From a virus (lineage: Duplodnaviria; Caudoviricetes), in IMG/VR virus record IMGVR_UViG_3300044228_000999, positions 1-30,317 of that record: 30,317 bases of DNA; one strand, 5' to 3'. Within the stretch, counting starts at the first letter, position 1. Each line of letters opens with the position of its first letter. A program made the translations under genes and the position numbers. The notes beneath the pieces were generated by a model that saw only the letters and a program-made list of their open reading frames with translations, ran no database searches and was not told the origin of the DNA. Shown in pieces: positions 25,501 to 30,317 of this stretch.

Positions 25501-28500
25501 AATATTAACAGCATGTTCTTGTAGTAATTTATTATGTTTAATAAGATTTGGATCATTACTATCTAAGAAACCAAATTTACCACCATGTTGTTTTTCAATA
25601 CTAGGATTCATTAATTTTTGTAATGTATCAGCTTTATCTATTGTTAATCTACCATATTCTAATGTACTTGTAGGCACAATAATGTTCATGGTAGTAGGTT
25701 TTTGCTGATTAAATTTATCTACAACAGGTACAGCAACCTTCATAAATTCTTCTTGATTAAATCCTTCTAATTTTTTAGCAATAACTTTATAATTTAACAT
25801 TTGATCTACCCATGTAGGTTTACCTAAGAACTCACCAGTAGTTTTATCTATAATAGTTTTAGCACTGAATCTTTCATCTAATGCTTTATTTAATATTGTT
25901 AAATCTTCAACAGTTAAAGTAGACAATCTTTTACCAACACCTTCTCTTTGAAATGTGAACCCAATCCAAAACTCTTCAAGTCTTGCTATAGCTGCAGGGT
26001 TTTTTCTTAATATATCTGCAAATATCTGTAGTTGTTCTTGTTCTTGAACAGATTGAGTATCGTTTTTATCAAATCTTTTCTTTAACCAATCAAACTGTGG
26101 CATTTCTTTTTGCACTATTGCTTGAGTTTCAGTTACTTGTTCTATTGTTTTTCTAGTATCTGGTTTTTCTTCAGGTGCTTTTTGTTTAGGTTTTGTTACT
26201 TCTTCAGATGGTTTGTTTAAATCTATAGGTGGATCTGTATTTTTATCTTTATAAAATGCTTCTCTTGTTTCTACAACAGATTCAGGTAATTGTATTTGTT
26301 CTGACATTTTATCCATAACATCTTTTAAATGTTTGTGTTGTAATGTATAAAACTTCTTTCTTCCTGCTGTACTTATAGCTACAGATTTATAAGCAAAGTC
26401 TAATGTTGGTTTCAATTTTTTATAAGCTTTTGATTTTTCAGCCATACTTGCGTACATATTACCAGCACCTGATCCATCTCTTACAAACTTTTCTACTTGT
26501 TTTCTTAAGAAAGTATCTTGTCGTTCAAAATCTTTTTGTTGTTGTTTTTGTATATCAGTACGTGAAGGTTGTAATTCACGTGTTTGTAACCAAAACTCCA
26601 TTAATTCTTCTATTCTAGTATAAGTTTCTTTATCATATTTTTTATTATATTTTTCTTTTAAAGATAATATTATATTATTTATATCTTGTGCTTCTACCCT
26701 ACGTTCTGCAGAAACATCTCCTAATCCCTTCATTTGTCTTTCTTCAAAGTTAAATGTTTTAATATTATAAGTAGCATCCATAATATCCATAACTATTTTT
26801 TCTGCAGTCTCACTACCAATATCTTTATTACTTTTAGTAATATCTTGTATAAATTGTTTAGAAGCTTTCATTGAAACATATAATGGCATGTAATCCATTA
26901 ACATTTGATGAACCATATATATATCATTGTTCTTAAGAAGTTTTTCTAAATTTGCCTTACCTTCAGCACCTGAAGTCCAAAAGTCTCTTAATCCAAAACG
27001 TTTAAATAATGGTGCATATCTTTTATCTTTAGTAATTAATTCTTGATACCTTAATATAAGTTTAGTCATTACTTCATGTTGAGACATATTCCCTTTTTGC
27101 CATTTAGATTTACCAGCTACATCAAAATAAAAATTCATTGGTTGTATATACATATTTGGTGCTTCTTCAACACCTCTAATAACATTATTATAAAAAGGTA
27201 TACCTTCAGGAAATGCATCTCTGTAATCTTGTGCTAACTTTTCATAGAACTCTTTATTTTTTATAGTGTTTTCATTAACTTTATATAACTCTCTATGTAC
27301 TTGTTCTATTAAATGTAGTTTTTGTACATGTTTATTTGTTACACCTAAGAAATTTTTATTCATAGATTCAACAGTCATACCTCCTGGATATTTAAAATTA
27401 GGATTAAGAGTTTCAACTTTAAAGTATGTTTCGAAAACTTTATTTAATATTGCATCATAAAATTTTATAGATTTAAAATCAGCAGATGTAGCCATCATTT
27501 CTACTATATTTAAATGATCTAACTGTAACTCTTTAATCATTTGCTGTCTTGTCTTTACACCGCTTTGCCCAGGATATTTATCACGCATAGATATTATAAC
27601 ACGATCTGGAGTTTCTGTTAAACGTTTAGATCCCATATCAAATGATCTAGTAGTACTAACAATAGAACCACCAGATACATTAATTAAATCAGCAATATTT
27701 TGAAAACGTGTCATAGTATCTACAATAATACCCATCTGCTGTTTACCACGTGTAGCCATTTTAGATGTTTCTATTCTCGCATCACTATCAAATGACTCTA
27801 CTATATCATCTAACTTTTGTTTTGCTTTATCTTTAGATTTCTTAGCCTCTTGTACAAACTCTCTAAAGATAGGTCTTGGAGTTTCAAAGCCTATAGTTTG
27901 TCCAGTATTTGTATCTACTAATTCATTCTTATATTTTTTAAATACTCTTCTTACAACATTAGGCATATTTTGATGTATGGTTACACTATCAGCATCTTTA
28001 TCAGCACCACCTTTATGATAATCGTTCTTAGATGTAGTTACAATACCAGATCCTTGTCTATCAACAAAGCCAGCAAATGTTAAAACTCTTACACCACCAT
28101 TACTAGAATTAGGAGAACGTATAATAGTAAACTCCATAGCCTCTTCTAATGCTATTTGTTCTGATTTAGAATAATTTTTTCTATTTTCATACTTATTAAA
28201 TGCTTGTTCTAAGGTTTGTTCACCACCTAAAGTCTCAGGTAATTTAACTTTAAATGATTTTTTCATATTTCTACCCAATAAAAATGTTTCATCATTTAGT
28301 CTATTACCAAATTCAAAATCTATTTCTTCATCTCTAGGTGCTAGCTTTACATTTTTAGAATATTTTAATTCAGGTTTTATAGTCCTTGCAGTTCTATAAT
28401 GTAATAATGCTCTATTAACAAATGCTAAGACAGGTGGTTGCATTAATATTCCTGGATTATAATCTAGTTTAGCAAGTATATCTGGTACTTCATATAACTG

Positions 28501-30317
28501 TATATCCATTAAGTCTCTAGAAAAAGTATCAGAAGCTTCATATATAACTTCTCTATATTCTTGATTACCTCTTTCTAATATTTTTTGAATAGCTTTTACA
28601 GTTACAGGATTTTGTATATCAGTATTAATAGCTCTCTCTATAGAGTCTATAGATACATCAGCTATATTAAAATCTTTTTTAGGTAATATACCCTTTTCAA
28701 ATGCATCATTAAATGTTTTAGTTACCTGTACATCACCACGTAATGAAATAGCAGCCATAGTTTTTACAGCATCTGTAAATGCTTGAGCATCATCACCTAA
28801 AAATGCCCTATCTATTTTGTCAAACATTTGTTTATTTAATGGTGCTCTATCCACATCTGGTGATAATTCTTTTTCAAATACACCCATGTTAAGATACATT
28901 TCATCTGGTCTCATCTTAAATGGTTTTATATCAGACTGTGCAAACTCCCATTTTCTTTCACCTAAACTACCATATATTAAATCGTGTTTCACTAAACCTA
29001 ACTGTGTTTTAGCTGCAGATTCAGATACTATAAAATGTATATTCTTATCTCGCATTAGATCATTCATAGCTTTAGTAGCTCTAAATGTACCAGTCTTTAA
29101 TAAAATATTACCAACAGGGTTCGGTCCTGTTTCGGGCCCTTTAAATCCTACAAGTTTTAAAAATCCATTACCACTAGGTCTAAAGTTTTTAGTTTGTGTA
29201 GTATCATATACATCTTGCCTTGCATATACAACAGCATCTCTACCAGATATAGAAGGCTTACCATCAGCTCCAAGAAACTTAGACAACCTATCAGATACCA
29301 TTACTAAATTAAATTTACCTTCACTTTTTGCTGTAGCTCTAGCATAATCTAAATTTTCTAATGGTATATCTGCACCATGTGCAAGATTTTGATACTTATT
29401 AAATTTAATTACATTAGCATATAACGGGTCTTTAACATACTCTCTCATACCTACTATCATCTTAGAAGCTGAAATTGCTTCTGCTGGATTAATTAATCCT
29501 GATTCTATAAGTGCGTAATATATATTATTTATTGTTTCTCTACCTTTATTTTTAAATACTAAACCTTCTTTAGCTAACTCTCTAAACATATAATTTATTC
29601 TATCTTGCGATATATAATTCTTTTTCCCTGGATCTTTAGATATAGCATATCTATGCAATATAATATTACCAGTGTCTTTCATACCACCATATATATACAA
29701 ACCTTTTTCAGCTAAAGATTTTTTTAATGCTGTAAATTGACTAGGAGACATTTGATCAGATATAGAAAGTAATCTACCTTGCTTATCATATGACTCTTTA
29801 TAGTGTAATGGTTTTGTTCTTTCGTAGGTAGCTATCTTTTTTAAGTTACCTTTTTCACCAATTCTTAATGGCTTACCTTCTCTGTATGCTTCACGAATTA
29901 CAAGTCTTGCTTTTATTGTACCAGTAACATCACTTGTAGGAAATGTTTTATTATATTTTGTTTCTGTCCTATCACCACCTACTGGCTTATTACCGTCCAT
30001 AGATTTTTCTGGTATTTTTTTAAACCCTAATGTAGGAGTTGTTAAATCAATTTCAAAATCAGGTCTTTTGTCAAAATATTTTTTAAGTTTTAAATAACTA
30101 CCTAATCTATTATGTCTTATATTAGTAGTTGCAAAAAAGTTTGTTGGTAATGTATATTCTGATATTATAGCTTTTTTAACATTGTTTAAATTATAATCAT
30201 TATCTCTAGCTAACTGTGCTATTGTAATATTTATTTCATCAACGTTTCTACCAATCTTTATTCCTCTAATATCATCTGCAATTTTTTGTAAATCTAAATT
30301 CTTAATACCTACTCTTC
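22585..30317 (-). CDS. Giant virion protein with putative two-barrel (DPBB) RNA polymerase domain; 5' end outside window
   Basis: Frame has no stop from 30000 to the window end (>2570 aa); IIRSP (28111-19) followed about 33 aa later by GGADKDADS (27985-28011). Confidence 0.7.
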   Translation of the reverse strand, partial: RVGIKNLDLQKIADDIRGIKIGRNVDEINITIAQLARDNDYNLNNVKKAIISEYTLPTNFFATTNIRHNRLGSYLKLKKYFDKRPDFEIDLTTPTLGFKKIPEKSMDGNKPVGGDRTETKYNKTFPTSDVTGTIKARLVIREAYREGKPLRIGEKGNLKKIATYERTKPLHYKESYDKQGRLLSISDQMSPSQFTALKKSLAEKGLYIYGGMKDTGNIILHRYAISKDPGKKNYISQDRINYMFRELAKEGLVFKNKGRETINNIYYALIESGLINPAEAISASKMIVGMREYVKDPLYANVIKFNKYQNLAHGADIPLENLDYARATAKSEGKFNLVMVSDRLSKFLGADGKPSISGRDAVVYARQDVYDTTQTKNFRPSGNGFLKLVGFKGPETGPNPVGNILLKTGTFRATKAMNDLMRDKNIHFIVSESAAKTQLGLVKHDLIYGSLGERKWEFAQSDIKPFKMRPDEMYLNMGVFEKELSPDVDRAPLNKQMFDKIDRAFLGDDAQAFTDAVKTMAAISLRGDVQVTKTFNDAFEKGILPKKDFNIADVSIDSIERAINTDIQNPVTVKAIQKILERGNQEYREVIYEASDTFSRDLMDIQLYEVPDILAKLDYNPGILMQPPVLAFVNRALLHYRTARTIKPELKYSKNVKLAPRDEEIDFEFGNRLNDETFLLGRNMKKSFKVKLPETLGGEQTLEQAFNKYENRKNYSKSEQIALEEAMEFTIIRSPNSSNGGVRVLTFAGFVDRQGSGIVTTSKNDYHKGGADKDADSVTIHQNMPNVVRRVFKKYKNELVDTNTGQTIGFETPRPIFREFVQEAKKSKDKAKQKLDDIVESFDSDARIETSKMATRGKQQMGIIVDTMTRFQNIADLINVSGGSIVSTTRSFDMGSKRLTETPDRVIISMRDKYPGQSGVKTRQQMIKELQLDHLNIVEMMATSADFKSIKFYDAILNKVFETYFKVETLNPNFKYPGGMTVESMNKNFLGVTNKHVQKLHLIEQVHRELYKVNENTIKNKEFYEKLAQDYRDAFPEGIPFYNNVIRGVEEAPNMYIQPMNFYFDVAGKSKWQKGNMSQHEVMTKLILRYQELITKDKRYAPLFKRFGLRDFWTSGAEGKANLEKLLKNNDIYMVHQMLMDYMPLYVSMKASKQFIQDITKSNKDIGSETAEKIVMDIMDATYNIKTFNFEERQMKGLGDVSAERRVEAQDINNIILSLKEKYNKKYDKETYTRIEELMEFWLQTRELQPSRTDIQKQQQKDFERQDTFLRKQVEKFVRDGSGAGNMYASMAEKSKAYKKLKPTLDFAYKSVAISTAGRKKFYTLQHKHLKDVMDKMSEQIQLPESVVETREAFYKDKNTDPPIDLNKPSEEVTKPKQKAPEEKPDTRKTIEQVTETQAIVQKEMPQFDWLKKRFDKNDTQSVQEQEQLQIFADILRKNPAAIARLEEFWIGFTFQREGVGKRLSTLTVEDLTILNKALDERFSAKTIIDKTTGEFLGKPTWVDQMLNYKVIAKKLEGFNQEEFMKVAVPVVDKFNQQKPTTMNIIVPTSTLEYGRLTIDKADTLQKLMNPSIEKQHGGKFGFLDSNDPNLIKHNKLLQEHAVNIIEYSGGLYPTGAKVSEKKRIKKAYDDSLATIKKLDGVKFPFKQGKEGKSTMISAQEFAEQIANVAKEDYISIKKGYIQSNYEAIGKYMRSLKVPLGGYKRTTNIVEKDHPEYGTQQLEKIFLRKSGIIDEKLVHLAFKKFDSLDRPDRSVFNELFSINDLNFIMYHMHNKDRLAFRFKNTDLDKPIKNTALRKQIMKATSNFIGSEQYAKTIVGDVQRGYWHRMGHFDIEANIPKIKEFQEKRIQDDIKLLKEPGGLESNTIPLEIRMALKYGEMTPTEAILAYKEIQQAKFDRQIEFTATDGATASERMVIDMLTRPSNRGFIGEYTAGMFKARSEEFLPFYRKDMDVLKRYKQKLVKAHLTNLAGLRTELLLRRFEKVNKKEEFADNWAKYMRDAFTNMMGMSNYKALNIHGIEAKDKRLYQRYIKNNFKLDGLRLNVADREKVIDFSAAIRVTGYEKKAILIRNNNDVSKAKAEVASLQRSRANELVNNVNTTGKYNSLYHFTSDEKAVKFFDGINKMFGGKLFGKLPTNESEKRHATLQRIRGLSDLEGKFELLSLLSHPKTAITNLYGGTMNTISDTGWSSFRKANSTEYVLKMLEGAEYKFINEKTGEVEQRRFETRKDIDNWLESLGVYDQMFLDMVSMDRNFGRKGFREFFSEYLRRMNRDYRRGEIETKEMHERRSKANTMEVIRDLKLEIPITEIGALPMKWSERKLRGTAFLANYINMKENVLGDIQGQVAYDSPVLVNYALKGIEASQFMYQATFRPNFANTSLGRVLTRFQPYAWNSIGRRMRLFKEARQVEWNREVLASKKFQRQFTFDLMALAMANIFVASIFEYALSPPMNWLQDTTALLFGDKKERERAFFSSYPHPVLAPLQIVTPPIGRFVLSPITAILNGDFEQFRDYTAYSYLPYGRLLRDGLRTYNSPAMAVDFMTGLPLRQFHTLRREQVESQKEPELDVADYSTFED

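Noticed and set aside
24026-29347. Plus-strand ORFs inside the giant gene
   Set aside because: Antisense shadows of a long ORF with biased codon usage
29998-30000. ATG 30000 as the start of the giant protein
   Set aside because: The frame stays open to base 30317, so the true start is probably outside the window

Overview
AT-rich fragment of a tailed dsDNA bacteriophage with a podovirus-like gene set. Positions 1-11311 (minus strand) are a packaging/morphogenesis block: putative small terminase, large terminase, portal, scaffold, major capsid protein, head-tail adaptors, five small Lys/Arg-rich ORFs and the start of a repeat-containing tail fibre. Positions ~11390-22584 (plus strand) are an early/replication block: small unknown ORFs, a strongly structured non-coding stretch, a MazG-like protein, then the main finding, a four-gene ubiquitin-like conjugation operon (Ubl ending GG-NLN, E2-like protein, JAB/JAMM peptidase, ThiF/E1 enzyme), followed by an annealing protein, SSB-like protein, AEP primase-helicase and Holliday-junction resolvase. 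Positions 22585-30317 (minus strand) hold a giant ORF (>2570 aa, open to the window edge) with RSP...GGADKDAD motifs of a two-barrel RNA polymerase, probably a virion-packaged RNAP/ejection protein. All calls come from reading motifs and gene context by eye; no database search or folding program was run.
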